DNA of 64,000 nucleotides from Eledone cirrhosa (lineage: Eukaryota). Of this stretch, positions 29,611 to 43,729 are shown piece after piece. Each line of letters starts with the position of its first letter. Within the stretch, counting starts at the first letter, position 1. A program made the position numbers and the translations under genes. The notes below the pieces were generated by a model. It worked only from the letters and a program-made list of their open reading frames with translations, made no database searches and was not told the DNA's origin. The stretch spans positions 200,880,001 through 200,944,000 of the forward strand of contig OZ024740.1 in assembly GCA_964016885.1 (NCBI GenBank), written 5' to 3'.

Positions 29611-30514
29611 ATGGTGGCTGCCAACTCGTTTTCGAGTACGGCCACTACTTTATATCCATGTAGGAGAACCCCTACCGATGCGCTGAACGAGTGTGACATT
29701 TTAGTTCAAACAGCGACTTGAACACTCTGGTACAAACACCACACTTGTGACAATTATTGACACATAGTGCTGGGCCCATGGTACCATGTGACGACAAGTG
29801 CAGAGAGATCTCCAGATATAAAGCAATGACTGTGCCGTGAAGCTTTTATAGTGAGCAAAGGCACTGCACAAAGCCAATCCCACTCTCTTAACCAAGATGA
29901 TATTTACCAAAAAGAAGAACAAGTCAACATCATTGGATACCAACAGGAGCTCTTAAGAGTCAATGGCCATCCAAAATCACCGGGAGAGATGACCCCTTAG
30001 CCTTTGTCAAGGCAGAATTCTAGGAGAAGGAAAACTCTGATATAACACCTGCAACCCTGATGGTATCCAATGATGTTGACTTGTTCTTCTTTTTGGTAAA
30101 TATCATCTTGGTTAAGAGAGTGGGACTGGCTTTGTGCAGTGCCTTTGCTCACTATAAAAGCTTCACGGCACAGGCATTGCTTTATATCTGGAGATCTCTC
30201 TGCACTTGTCGTCACATGGTACCATGGGCCTAGCACTATGTGTCAATAATTGTCACAAGTGTAGTGTTTGTACCAGAGTTTTCAAGTCGTTGGCTGGACT
30301 AAAGTCACATTCGTTCAGCGCATCGGTAGGAGTTCTCCTACATGGATATAAAGTAGTGGCCGTACTCGAAAAGGAGTTGGCAGCCACCATATATATGTAT
30401 ATATATGTATGTATGTATGTATATACATACATACATACATACATACATACATACATACATACATACATACATACATACATACATACATACATACATACAT
30501 ACAAACATACATAC
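29594..30514. mobile_element. Head-to-head inverted pair of short RTE-derived elements
   Basis: Minus copy 29594-29941 and plus copy 29946-30390 are reverse complements of each other. Confidence 0.85.
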
Positions 30515-31886
30515 ATGATGCAATAGTTAAAATTATATTTTCAAATATCTATTCATATTGCATTCAGGCATTATCTAACCATTTACATTAAATATGCTTC
30601 AAGTATTTCAGTTTATCTCTTTTAACAACTTTATACTATGCAGGTGATAATTCTTTATAAATGCGACGCTAGATAAATGGTTTTCTGATATATGTTTATA
30701 CACATATATAGCAAAGAAGTAGTCATTAAAACTTCAAAGTACATATTTGATTTTTTTAGTCAACCAATCACTTTTTGTTAATAAAAATCAAAAGAAAATC
30801 ATAAACAAATCTATTTCAAATAACAACAGCGCTACAAATATTTATAAATAGAAAGGAAAGGGAAAGGTGAGGACTCTAGGATCATAGAAGAATGGGGGAA
30901 AGGGTGTGTGTGATGGACTCTAGGCCTAAGTTGTGGCGGAGTTGGGGCTGCGCTCCAGGGACATGACCGTAAAAGCATTTCCGTGTACAATGGCCAATGC
31001 CACCATCTGCAACAGCCACCCCAACTCGCGAGGCTCTTTCCTCTGACATGCCGATCATGCGGAGGAGCTCGGCAGTACGGTGTCCAAGTATCCTGAAGTT
31101 TCGACGATGAGCGTTGCGAAGGGGAAGCGGCCGAACAATCCCCAGGATTTGTTTGTCTTCCTTTCCTCTTCAAGGTGGACCACAGTACTGGGATTTGAGG
31201 CCCAAGCGGCTAAGTTGGAGGAGGAGAACGTGTCGCAATATGTGAAGTCCTAGATGAGGGATCTACCTCCTTCGAATAGGAAGAGGGTAAAGTAAGGAAG
31301 TTTAGTCATTTGGGAAATTACTATAGAATTGTAATACTTAATTTTTAAAGAATTTATTTTCCGGGAATGTGAGTTTTATTTTGTGAAAAGGTTTTATGTT
31401 CAATGTTTGCAATGAAAATAAAATGTTTACGACTTATGGATGATGACGTTTAGTCAACTGAAATAGTATCCTCAACGGACGGTAGTCCGTTTAGTAATAT
31501 TGTTGTGGTCGTGTGGTTTCGTTGGCAATCGTCTGTTTACGACAGTACAGCGCGGCTCTACTTTATTTAACTGAGATAAAACTTATATGAGCATTAACAG
31601 TAGATCATTACGCATCTTTTGGCTTAAAAATCTAGAAATTTGGTCCAGCGGGAAAAAGTTTATAATCAAAGTTTGCTGATAAATCTTGTGTTCAAGTGAG
31701 TGAGTAGTAAGCGGGACGCTAGGGGAGGTAATCCAGAAATAACGTAGCTTTGTCATTAAGCCAGTTGCCTCAACTATATTGCAATTATACTCAAAAGAAC
31801 TTTAAAATGTCAATCAATTGTCAGTAATTCACTATGATCATTTAATTATTAGATAGTTGTTGCTTGCATTGCCTTAAAAAATAGTA

Positions 31887-32881
31887 GACCAGATAGAAAA
31901 ATGCGTACAGCAAAAAAAAGTAATATTGTTGGAATATAAACCTTTAAAAATACAGGACAAGAAACTAAGATAAAACTTTAAAAGAATAGGACAAGAAACT
32001 AAGATAAAACTTTAAAGAATTGGACAAGAAATAAAAATGTTTACAATAATATTAGTGGCAAAATATTTTTATTCGTTTCCTGTGCTATGCCCCAGTATCT
32101 TCTTGATTAGTGCATAATAATTGTCATGCTCTCATTGTGCGTTGCCCCTGAGTGGTTGGTTATGGTTGGGGTTGGTTGGCTGAGCAGTTCTGCTCCGTCA
32201 GAATGACCATTGCAAGAAGAATTAGCCGATGCAGCTGCAGGTCTCCTCCAAGAATGCACTTCTGGTCCCGCAACACCAGACGAAGATGGAGAAGATGACC
32301 GGGACAAGATGTCAACTCTGACGACCGCCTACGGCACCTCCCTCAACCACCGGTCTTCCCTCCCTCTGTCCCGTCATCCCTCCAGTCCTCCTGCTCCCCC
32401 TTCCTGTACCAGAAAGCTGTGGCACGCATTCATCTGGACTGCCGGACTTGAACTCAAGGACAAGATGCAAGGAGAAGATGGACGGGTTGGTCAAGATCAA
32501 GGATGAGCGGGACGACAAGACCGTCCGCTGCTGCTCAAGATCTGTGCTCATGGGCCCATGGGTCCATTCACATTATGCATGACACATGAGGCGTGTCGCC
32601 GAATGATGAAATAGGGGTATGGTTATGGCCCAATTGGTGTTCAAACCAGCATCAAATGATCCCCCGGGTCTGACGACGACCTCTGAATGTGGAACCCAGA
32701 GCCTATGAATGTGGAACTCGATTTTTTACCAATAAAAATTTTGCCACTAATATTATTGTAAATTTTTTCATTTCTTGTCCAATTCTTTAAAGTTGTATCT
32801 TAGTTTCTTGTCTTGTATTTTTAAAGGTTTATATTCCAACAATATTACTTTTTTTTGCTGTACGCATTTTTCTATCTGGTC
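31887..32881. mobile_element. Element with ~150-185 bp inverted repeats and a GC-rich core (decayed PLE or MITE)
   Basis: gaccagatagaaaaatgcgtacagc...ttagtggcaaaat (31887-32073) mirrors 32731-32881. No clear TSD. A CTGACGA half-site lies at 32670. Confidence 0.7.
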
Positions 32882-33599
32882 ATGTAATGCTTAATACACA
32901 CAAAGAATGTAGAAACCCTTATAAGTGAGATGAAAACTATGGCTTCAGATTGACCTTTAAGTGAAATAGCGGTAATGTTACATAGGAAAATGTATATCAA
33001 GAAGTCATGAATGCACCGGACCACGTACGTACATGTAGAAATTCAGATACTGTAGCAGAGAAAAATAATGAGCATTAAGGTTCATTGGAGAAAGCTTGGT
33101 GATGCCGTAGATTTGCAAGGCTGGGTGGAATATAATGCTCCGCAGTGGCTCTATAGGGAGAACTCAATAATGGTATGGTCTGATATATTGAAATAGTGAA
33201 TAGCTACACTAGGACGAAATGCAACCAGAGCTAAATTATTTCACAGCGAAATAATTACACCAACAAACGACGTTTGTTGAACGTAAAAATAAGATAAATA
33301 GTATTAATTGTAAGTCCCCCACAACAAACATTGGTTCAACAACATGTGCTACAAGTCGCCATGCTACTAGACTTCCTAGCAGACAGGTCGAACAGCGCAT
33401 TGAAACAACTATGCCTGTAAGAAACTTGACACCACCTGTACCATCTAAGTCTACCTCGATTGCTGGGGAAAACACTATCGATAATAATAATAATCGAAGA
33501 AATTTGACACCACGTGTGCCATCCGAGTCTACCTCGACTGTTGTGGAAAATACTATCGATAATGATAATAATCAAAAGTATAAATAATTGAAAATTTCC

Positions 33600-36588
33600 C
33601 TCAATGAAATCTTCCAGAGAGAAATGAATTCATGTATATATATCTCTCTTGCTGAACGTATTAAAACGACAATGTTTAATAAAAAAATAAAAAAAATAAA
33701 TAAAAAAATAAGCAAATATTACGTGTTATTGACGAAATAGGAGTTGAATATTTACGACGGATAAAACCCCCAACATTTTGGTAAATCAACGCCTGTCTTA
33801 GCAACGACAGTGAAGCATTATCTTGATGACAGCAGAGATATTAACAAGAACAGAACACCACCAAAAATACCATCATATATAATACTAAAAAAGAAAAAAA
33901 AGATTGCTGACCTACGAAAAACCATAGGATATGTGACGATGCTCCTTACATGCAAACAAACACAAAAAAAACCTCACTCCTCGCCAACAAAGAGTTAAAA
34001 ATAAAATAGAGGCGATGTTTGGTAACAATAGAACCAGAACTCTTCAATATAAGCTGGTCACCCTCAAACAAGAATTGAGAGCTGTTAGCGAAAAAAGCCG
34101 ATACCTGAAGAAGGTAGATGAGAGAAAAGTGCTTAATAAAAGATTCAGACGAAACCAAACATCAGTCTATAGAGATATGAAGAACAAAATAATAAGTGTC
34201 ACTGAGGCCCCATCCCAGAAAGACAGATTCCTTTTGGAGCAAAATATGGAGTGAAAAGAAGAATTTCAACCAAGATTCTCCTACACTAAAACAAAAACAT
34301 ACGAAACAAGTGAGGGTACCCTTGAGAATGTGATAGGAAAAATCCAAGATAAGAAAACACCAGGAAGAGACATGATTGTCAGCTACTGGTACAAAAAACT
34401 GATATTCTATCGAAGGTATCATACTGACCTCTACCAACAAGTTCTTAAGGGAGATACACTTATACCAGAATGGTTGACATTAGGACAAACATTACTGGTC
34501 CCCAAGAACAAAGACACACACTTGGCAAAAAACTATCGACCCATTGCATGCCAGGACCTGATGTATAAGATGTACACAGCCTGCCTGAACCTATTCCTCC
34601 AAGATCACTGTGAAAATAATAACATCATCACAGATGAACAAGCAGCTGGAAAGAAAGGGGTTTGGGGATGTGCTGAACAACTCATAATCAAGAAAACTGC
34701 GATGTCGGAGGTGCAACAACTTAGGAGGAATATGACTACAGTCTGGCTGGACTACAGGAAAGCTTTCGATTCTGTTCCCCACTCTTGGATGATAGAGGCC
34801 CTCCAACTTGCTAAAGTCCCAGACATTATTGTCAGAGCCATAGAGAGGCTGTCTTCTTCTTGGGCTACCATCCACAGGTTAAATATAGAGAGGGAGGACT
34901 CTATATTCACTGATAAAATAAAATATCGCAGGGGTCCTTTCTGCTCAAGAAATGTGGGGGATACATCATTGGCTCACAGGAGGACAGAAATACGAACCTA
35001 ACCCATAATTTCTTTGTGGACGATCTGAAACTCTATACCAAGAACATGGATGGAGTGAAGAAAAGTCTTGACCTGATTACAACGTTCTCAAAGGATATAG
35101 GAATGGAGTTTGGCCAAGATAAATGCTCATACATGACCGTAAAGCGGGGAAAAACAACAACTCGATCTAGCAACATTGTCATCAATGCTCTAACTGTTTC
35201 ACCAATATCTGATGAGGACTGCTACAGATACCTGGGGATAGATGAGAACATATCCTATAATGGTATCTGTAATAAGGAACGCGTAACCAGGGAATACTAC
35301 ACCCGATTAAGAAAGATCTGGTCATCGGAACTCTCTGCGCAAAACAAAACAGTGGCTCACAATGTGTTTGCTGTGCCTGTCCTAACACCAACATTTGTAA
35401 TACTCAATTGGACGATAGACGAAATCCGAGCAGTTTATGTTGGAACTCGAAAAATACTAAACAACACCGGAAATTTCCACATCATCAGTGACATAGACCG
35501 CCTTTACTTGAAACGTAAGCAGGGAGGCCTAACATCGGTCCTGACAGTATTTGAATGTCGCATCATATCTCTCCGACAACATCTACGAACCTCGAAACGT
35601 AAGAGCCCGTCTCTCGAGCAAGTCTATCTGCATGAAACAGATAAGATCATGAGAGTTGGCAAGGAACTCCTCGAGAGATATTCCCTGTGTGGTAATCAAA
35701 AACTCCCACCCAGGGAAGTCGCTCAGCAGTATCGCAGTGAATCCATGGATGAAAAACTGCATGCTTATCAGCAAAACACCTAGATGTGATAACAAGTGCA
35801 GACGCTGCAGAACTAACATCGACGATATCACTCATGTCATCTGCAGTTGTCCAAAGATGTCATCGCGGTACTATCTACCTATGAGGTATGATGTAGTGGC
35901 CAAAACACTGTACAATGCAGTTCGTAAAATAGTTAGCTCCGATAATAAACACATTAAAAGCTACAGCAATGTGGAAGACATCCATGTACATAATATGAAA
36001 GAGTAAAAACCCCAAGAAAATGCAGGCATAACAGACCAGATATTATGATATGGGACAGGGAGAAGAAAGCATGCACAGTAGTTGAAATTAGCTGCCCAGC
36101 AGATGCCAATATAATATCAAAGATTTGCGAAAAGGAGAATATTTATGCAGAACTGATGAGAAAACTGCAGATATTCCAACCTGATTACACCTTCTGATTT
36201 ATGCCTGTGATTATTGGGGCACTGGGGTATGTTAGTAATTGCCTCAATACAAATCTTGAGAAGCTAGGCTTCACAGGAACAGAAAGAACACAACTAGTTA
36301 GGAAACTACAAGTACAATCCATTAATGGAAAAGTAAAAATATGTAAAACGTTCCAAACAGTTTGCATCTAATAACTGCATATACACATGTACAGATACAA
36401 AGCATATACACATGCACACATACACATCCACACATACAATAACATCCATATCTACACATGCATATCTACACATCCATATCTACACATCTAGTTGATGTGT
36501 AAATTCCAATGAGAGAGTCTTGTGTCTATGTTAGAAACCGACTCTCTCTCCATTGGAAAAAAATTTGTGAAATTATAAAACGAGAAGA
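33600..36588 (+). mobile_element. Decayed R4/Dong-related RLE LINE
   Basis: KKTPGRD, NYRPIAC, EQAAGKKG, WLDYRKAFDSVPH, DDLKLY, YRYLG, CRRC..H....C, NRPDI. Many stops and deletions; 5' boundary uncertain. Confidence 0.85.
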
Positions 36589-37261
36589 ACATACATACAT
36601 ACATACATACATACATACATACATACATACATACATACATACATACATACATGGTGGCTGCCAACTCGTTTTCGAGTACGGCCACTACTTTATATCCATG
36701 TAGGAGAACCTCTACCGATGCACTGAACGAGTGTGACTTTTTAGTCCAGCCAGCGACTTGAAAACTCTGGTACAAACACTACACCCGTGACAATTATTGA
36801 CACAGTGCTGGGCCCATGGTACCATGTGACGACAAGTGCAAAGAGATCTCCATATATAAAGCAATGCCTGTGCCGTGAAGCTTTTATAGTGAGCAAAGGC
36901 ATTGCACAAAGCCAGTCCCACTCTCTTAACCAAGATGATATTTACCAAAAAGAAGAACAAGTCAACATCATTGGATACCATCAGGGTTGCAGGTGTTATA
37001 TCAGAGTTTTCCTTCTCCTAGAGTTCTGCCTTGACAAAGGCTAAGGGGTCATCTCTCCCGGTGATTTCGGATGGCCATTGATTCTTAAGAGCTCCTTTTC
37101 CATTTGACAGGTTTTGATTTTTGTCCTGCAGGATGTCAAAAGTCACCCTCCTCACCAAGAAACCTTGGTGGGGTTGCCAGTTTAGTCGCCAACGACCCGA
37201 CCATGAGACAGGTTGTACTGAGATAAACATACATACATACATACATACATACATACATACA

Positions 37262-37290
<29 letters not shown>
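36589..37290 (-). mobile_element. Longest copy of the short RTE-derived element (~580 bp core) between (TATG)n tracts
   Basis: Homologous to the 28064 and 29594 copies and extends 5' to ~37228. Confidence 0.85.
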
Positions 37291-37295
<5 letters not shown>

Positions 37296-37784
37296 CATGT
37301 GTATCCAACATATACATACATATTTATATATTTATATATATTCTTTGAGGTGTATGGCAAAACGAAAGGAAACGAAAAGTAAAATGAATCTTGGAATGTC
37401 AAACTGTTTAGAAATGTCTTTATACTTTCTTCTGAGTAGAGAAGACAGCAAAATGTTTCATTATCCATTTCTGATTTATGTTTGCTTAGCTATTGATAGA
37501 ATATAACTGTTGGTTGTTGTTGCAACCCCATCCACAACTGTTTCAGTTGTTTCAACAATGCACTAGGACTAGGCTGTTCATGAAATGAAACTGAATGTAA
37601 CAGAGCATTCCATAAACGCTATGGCGTAGTTTTCGACGAGATTAAGCGTTACCAATTTTGTGACAAGGCTGGCTGCAGATGTCGGGCCTGATCGATACTG
37701 ATCGAACCTTGAGCTGATCAATCGCGAAAGGCATGTCACGCCTCAATAAATATAATGAAAATTCAACACCTCACCCACATTATT

Positions 37785-38110
37785 GGTGGATTGGCAGTAT
37801 CGGTAGAGGGTCGGACGCCATGCTTTCCAGCATAGTTACGTCCCTTTATGATCTGAGTTCAAATCCCGCCGAGGTTGACTTTGCCTTTCATCCTTACGGG
37901 GTCGATAAAATAAAGTACCAGTAATGCACTGGATAATTGCTGGCCTTGTGCCTAAAGTAGAAACAATTATTATTATTATTACTGAGTTCAAATCCCACCG
38001 AAGGTAACTTTGCCTTTCATCCTTACGGGGTCGATAAAATAAAGTACCAGTAATGTACTGGCAAATTGTTGGCCTTGTGCCAAAAGTAGAAACAATTGTT
38101 ATTATTATTA
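37785..38110 (+). mobile_element. tRNA-derived SINE plus a tandem partial copy
   Basis: A box tggcagtatcgg, B box gagttcaaatcc, central gcctttcatccttacggggtcgataaaat, (ATT)n tail. Confidence 0.85.
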
Positions 38111-38233
38111 CACTCTGCTTAGTACAACACCAAAATACATACTGCTGACAAGGCATCGAGTGGTCACTTTGGTGAACCTACAGTAACTTGACGTTACAAT
38201 CCCTAAACTTTATAAACTACACACGCGCGCGCG

Positions 38234-38332
<99 letters not shown>

Positions 38333-38334
38333 CG

Positions 38335-38495
38335 TCAGTTTTCACAGTTTCCCTCTACTAAATTCCACTCACAAGACATCGGTCAAACTGAAACTAAATA
38401 GAAAACACTTACACGAAGTGCTACGCAATATGACGGGACCCGAAATCACATGGTTAGGAAACGAACTCCTTCACAAGACTGCCATACCTGCGTCT
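38335..38495 (-). mobile_element. Degenerate CORE-type SINE of a second family (relatives ~45120-45250 and ~53395-53500)
   Basis: tRNA-like head and a cttgtgagtg(g)aatt segment shared among copies. Confidence 0.55.
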
Positions 38496-39249
38496 ATTGT
38501 TGAAAAAACCTTCACATAGATATAAAACAATAATACAATTATTGATGAGAGAATTGTCAAAAGAGATAGATTTCAATATTTTTGTAAGAAATTCCAAAGG
38601 AGATCATTTATTTAATTTAGATATTCGATTATAAGTAATTTAACTCTATTTTCTAGTAACTTTATCTGACGAAGGAAATTTATCTGGCGTCAACAAATTT
38701 ATCTGGCGTGAACAAAAGTGTTGTATGTTCACAAATGAGCTGGTGATTTTGGAAATCTCCTGTTTTTAAATTAACCCAAAAGTTTGAAAACCTCTGTAGT
38801 ATACTTTAATATCGATTCTAGTATCTGGCCTTTCAGCTTTGGAAATGTTAATGCTGTCTTGTTTTAAGTTTAGTTACAAATAATTGCAGCATTGAATCAA
38901 AATCTCCTGATATTAAGAAGTAAGGAGATAAGCTGATTCGGCTCTTAAAATATAAATTGGCCTGTTATATAAATCTAATATATCACATCCTGTAACCATT
39001 CGGGGGAACACCTTTAAAGTCCATGACGAGTTTTACTTTATCATTCAACTAATAAAAACGCTTGAACATACTTAGCCACTGTGCCCCCACAATGGTACTA
39101 TATATTATTACATTCAGGGTCGAGGTCCTTCAAATTTCTTTAAATTCTGTAGTTTCATACGGAGTATATGTTTACTTCTTTCATAAAATTAGCCATGTTA
39201 AGAGAATATGCACATCAATTTTGTTGATGGTTAAGAGAATAAGAGAACT

Positions 39250-39500
39250 CACGTGGCCTGGTCATTTAAGTGTTAGACGTCGTGGTTTCACTTCCTGGAC
39301 CGGGTTTCGTGTAATGTTCTTGAGCAACACATGTCATTCCACGTAGCTCCAGTATACTCAGGTAATAAATGAGTACCAGAGATAGCTGGGGTTTAGCCCT
39401 GTGATGGACTGGTGTCGTGTCCGAGAAAGGTATTGTGCTCTCAGTGCTTTAATGCCAAGGAAACTCGGATAGGCACTGGGCTTGGCACAGACTCTAGACT
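39250..39500 (+). mobile_element. Degenerate SINE (relative at ~40095-40380)
   Basis: Shared ttcttgagcaa...tgagtac...gatggactg segments. Confidence 0.5.
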
Positions 39501-41289
39501 TTAAGAAATGAGACACTAATAAGTCATTTGGTTGTCATTTATCCAATACTTTCTTGATTAAACTAACAAATCCTTTCTGAGATCTTAACATAGATGCTGA
39601 ACCGATTGTGAATATGCAGCTACATATTTTTAGGTGGAAATCGAAATACTATATTCATGATTTGATCCAAGAAAATAGATCTCCCCCTCTGCTAATCACA
39701 TGAATCGATTTTATAGTAATTATTTATTATTCTACCGCAAAGTTTGTCGTAATCCAGTACAGAAATATTGCCAACTCAATCGTATATATTATATCTATTG
39801 TCTCATTTACAACTACTAAATAAAACACAAATTCTGATGTTGCTTATTTCAATTGTACCTAGATATCATTTACCATGTATTTCATGCAGTCAGAAACTCT
39901 CTTCCGTGATAAAATAAGACACTCGAATAGTCTGACCTTTTCACCGGTTAATATTCGTGCTGCAGAATCTATAAACTTTTAAATAAACTCATATTCGATG
40001 TGTGGTTTAACATTTTTTTTTAAAGTTAGCTTACGCATCTCAGCACTTCGTTGGGTAGTGGCAGCATTTTTATTTATATATCTTTTGAAAATAGTGGAGG
40101 CGCGCAGTCTAAGGGTTAAGGAGTTTGTCTTGTTTGTTTTTTTCAGGCTGTAGGTGCGATACCTGTACCGAGTAACGCGTCGTTTTCTTGAGCAAAATAC
40201 TTCTCTTCACGTTGTACAAATCTATTCAATGGAAATTAGTACTAGCAGCAGCTAACAATGAACTCTACGATGGACTGCCACCCTATTCAGGTGAAGTTTG
40301 GTACACTATGATGCTTCACGTTAATGTAATTGGGGTTAGCTCTGATTTTATGAGACACCCAGCTTGAGACAGACTTAAATGTTTAACCTTTTAAAAATTG
40401 TTTTCTGTTTCAATAATGATCCTTTTAGAAATTCTAGATGAATTGCAAAACAGAAAGATGGTGGCAGGTAACTGACTGAACAAGCGAGAAGAATATAAGT
40501 GTTGTCAAAGAGTAGAAATCTTTTCAAAATGGTTTATTGTTTTTCCTTCGTCAAAATGTAAGTAGCGTTCAAGATTGATTGCACTTTTTAGAAACTGCAA
40601 CCTATTATTAACAAAATACAGTTTCACTCACAAACACGCGCACACACACAAACAAACAAGTACCTACACATATTTCACGTTTGCGCCTATGGACAAAGAG
40701 TTATCTTACCATATTTCAATGCACAAATAACTATCAACGGCAACTCTTTCATTTATTAGTGCAAGTCTTTGTAAAAATGTTTACTTTTATGCAAGGTACT
40801 TGTCTGGTAAAATCGGTAGAGCAACTGGATGAAGATGTGATATTTGTCCCGGTTCTGTGTTTTTGCTTTCAAAACCTGAGATCTACTTTACATTTAATCC
40901 TTTCGAATTTGAAAGAGTAAGTACTGGCTCAACGCTGGTATAGACTTCTCCGTTAGTTGTTATATCCTGACTGTTGTATTGGTTCAAGTTTGGGAGAGCT
41001 GAGAGTGTTTCTTTATCTGATCGTGCCTACAAAACCAGCTACATCCATTAACGAAAGCATGGTACAAGTTGCAAAGTCTTCCTCGTTTGCGAATGGCAGC
41101 TGCTGTACACACCGCATTGTTTTTTCCACTTTACGATATTGACTGTAATATCTTTAATAAACGTTGGTAAATCAGCCGCTCATTACTAAATGTAAACTGA
41201 CCATGGGATATTTCGATAGTTTGAGATTCTAATATGCCCCCATCTCCTCCACTGATGTAAATGTTCTGGATTAATATTGATGTTCTGCA

Positions 41290-41960
41290 GTGGTTCTATT
41301 GGTGTAGCCATGGTAATGGTAATTGCTGTGTAAGATTCTGAAGTTGTTGTAGCTATGCTAATGGTAGTTATTATTATTATGTGAGCTTCTGAGATGGTTC
41401 TACTGATGTAGCAATATGGATGGTAATTACTATGCAAGGCTCCGAGATGGTGGATTGGCAGTATCGGTGGACGGTCGGACGCCATTTTTTGCAGCATAGA
41501 GTTACGCCCCTTTACGGTCTGAGTTCAAATCCCGCCGAGGTTAACTTTGTCTTTCATCCTTACGCGGTCGATAAAATAAAGTACCAGTAATGCACTGGGA
41601 TAATTGCTGGACTTGTGCCAAAAGTAGAAACAATTATGTGAGTTTCTGAGATGGTTGTGCTGGTATAGCTATATGTATGGTAATTACTACGTAAGGGTCC
41701 GAGATGGTTCTGCTGGTGTTATCAGGCTAATTATTATAAGTTTTGTGGTAATACTACTGATGTGGCCATATACATGGTAGGTAATATTTAAGATTCTGTA
41801 GTGGTTCTACTGGTGTTATCAGGCTAATTATTATACGCTCTGGGCTGATACTACTAGTGTAGCCACGCTAATGGTAGTTATTAGGCAAAGTTCTGTGGTG
41901 GTTCTGCTGCTGTTACCATGCTAATGGTAGTTATGAATGTTTCTGTGTTGATAACGATGT
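41290..41960. repeat. Degenerate ~60-80 bp minisatellite interrupted by a SINE
   Basis: Recurrent gagatggttct(a/g)ctg(a/g)tgt..ctaatggta(a/g)ttat units. Confidence 0.6.
41450..41637 (+). mobile_element. tRNA-derived SINE
   Basis: Same family as 37785. Confidence 0.85.
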
Positions 41961-42529
41961 TTGTGGGTGGTGGTTGTGGTGCTGAAGCCATACTAATGGT
42001 TGTTATGTAAAAGTTTGCAGATATTTAGACATGTTGACATGTTACCAAGAAATGAATGAGCACAACAACAATAACAACAGCACCACCAACACCAACAACA
42101 ACAATATCAGCAGTTAAAAAAACCGCTAAGATTTCAATACAATTAAAAGCCTCATTAGAGTCATCGACTTAAAAGTAGCATTGCTCCAGGAAGTTGTCAA
42201 GAAACGAATTTATCCAAATGTAAACAAAATGACATATTTGCACTTGTGACTGTAATATTAGATATCAAAAATAATGGTGGTGATGATGATGATAATGATG
42301 ATGATGATGATGAAAATAATATTAATAATAATAGTGATATCAATAATAATAATAATAGCAATCAACATCGTGGGATTGTATTTATAACGAATAATTCTCT
42401 TGTATATATATATATATGTATATATATATATTTCTATTTCCACTAAAAATAATGCAAATTATCATGAAGAACCCACCAAAAGAACATCAATGACAACATT
42501 ATCGACAAAACAACAACAAACAACAACAA

Positions 42530-42757
42530 TAAGAAAACCATGAACAATAACAGCATCACCAACGAAAACAATAAAAAAAGTAATAACAACACCAACAACA
42601 ACGACAACAACAACAGCAACAACAACAACAACAACAACGACAACGGCAATAACAACAACGATAACAACAACAGCAACAACATCAATAACAACAACAATAA
42701 CAACAACAACAATAACAATAATAATAATAACAACAAAAACAACAATAATAATGATAA
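42530..42757. repeat. (AAC/AAT)n microsatellite
   Basis: Directly visible. Confidence 0.9.
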
Positions 42758-43327
42758 TGTTAATTTGGCTTAATTTTGCTAATAACTCGAGAGAAAATAA
42801 TATAAGAATCTAATTCTTAAATGGAATATGGCTGAAAAGAAAGAATCTAATTGATTTCTCTATGTTTGTCCATTTAGGCTTTGGCAAAAATAAACGGTAG
42901 AATTTATTTGCTAATGCTTAACTGTCACTTGTTTGGTAAGAATGACTACAATGTCAGAATATTACGTGTCAAAGTTGGATAACATTTTACAACAGCAGCC
43001 ATCTTTGACAGCACCACATTTAGATGATTTAATCTGGCTAGCTTTTTTCGTTATTTTTTTACTCATTTTAGTCATTAAACTGTGGCCATGCTGGAGCACC
43101 AGGTTCATTTAATTCAGTAGTTTATATTTCAGCCTGCTACTTAATTTGTCAACATTTTCTTTGTCCAAACGCAAGGTTACAAGATAAAAATACAACTCAG
43201 AGATATACACACATATACATATATGTAAATACACAGTCACACAAACACGCGTAAGATATCTGAGGACATATATTTTAGGCGGAATTGCTGCATTTTACTA
43301 AACTTTATATCCTCTTTTCTTCGGAAA

Positions 43328-43716
43328 ACAATAATTGTTTCTACTTTTGGCACAAGGCCAGCAATCATCCAGTACATTACTGGTACTTTATCGACCCCGT
43401 AAGGATGAAATGCAAAGTTAACCTCGGCGGGATTTGAACTTAGATCGTAAAGGGACGTAACTATGCTGGAAAGCATGTCCGGTCCTCTACCGATACTGCC
43501 AATTCACCCACCAGTGCCAATTCAACAATAATTGTTTCTACTTTAGGCACAAGGCCAGCAATTACCCAGTGCATTACTGGTACTTTATTTTATCGACCCC
43601 GTAAGGATGAAAGGTAAAGTCAACCTCGGCGGGATTTGAACTCAGATCGTAAAGGGACGTAACTATGCTGGAAAGCATGGCGTCCGACCCTCTACTGATA
43701 CTGCCAATCCACCGCC
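43328..43716 (-). mobile_element. Two tandem tRNA-derived SINEs
   Basis: Reverse complements of the 37785 family at 43328-43512 and 43526-43716. Confidence 0.85.
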
Positions 43717-43729
43717 CAATTCAACAATA

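Noticed and set aside
36712-36981. 89-aa C2H2 zinc-finger mini-gene
   Set aside because: It is the RTE-derived repeat, and the frame is shifted in the other three copies.
37785-37870. tRNA gene
   Set aside because: The A and B boxes belong to a multi-copy SINE head and no cloverleaf forms.
38666-38720. CTGACGA motif
   Set aside because: No matching GAAA/UH with stems; it belongs to a short aaatttatctggcgt repeat.
40680-41150. Possible host exon
   Set aside because: Only short frames, no recognisable domain and no convincing splice pair.
41290-41960. CRISPR-like periodicity
   Set aside because: Degenerate minisatellite with no unique spacers, no cas genes and a eukaryotic context.
42443-42773. 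Poly-Asn or poly-Leu protein
   Set aside because: Trinucleotide microsatellite.
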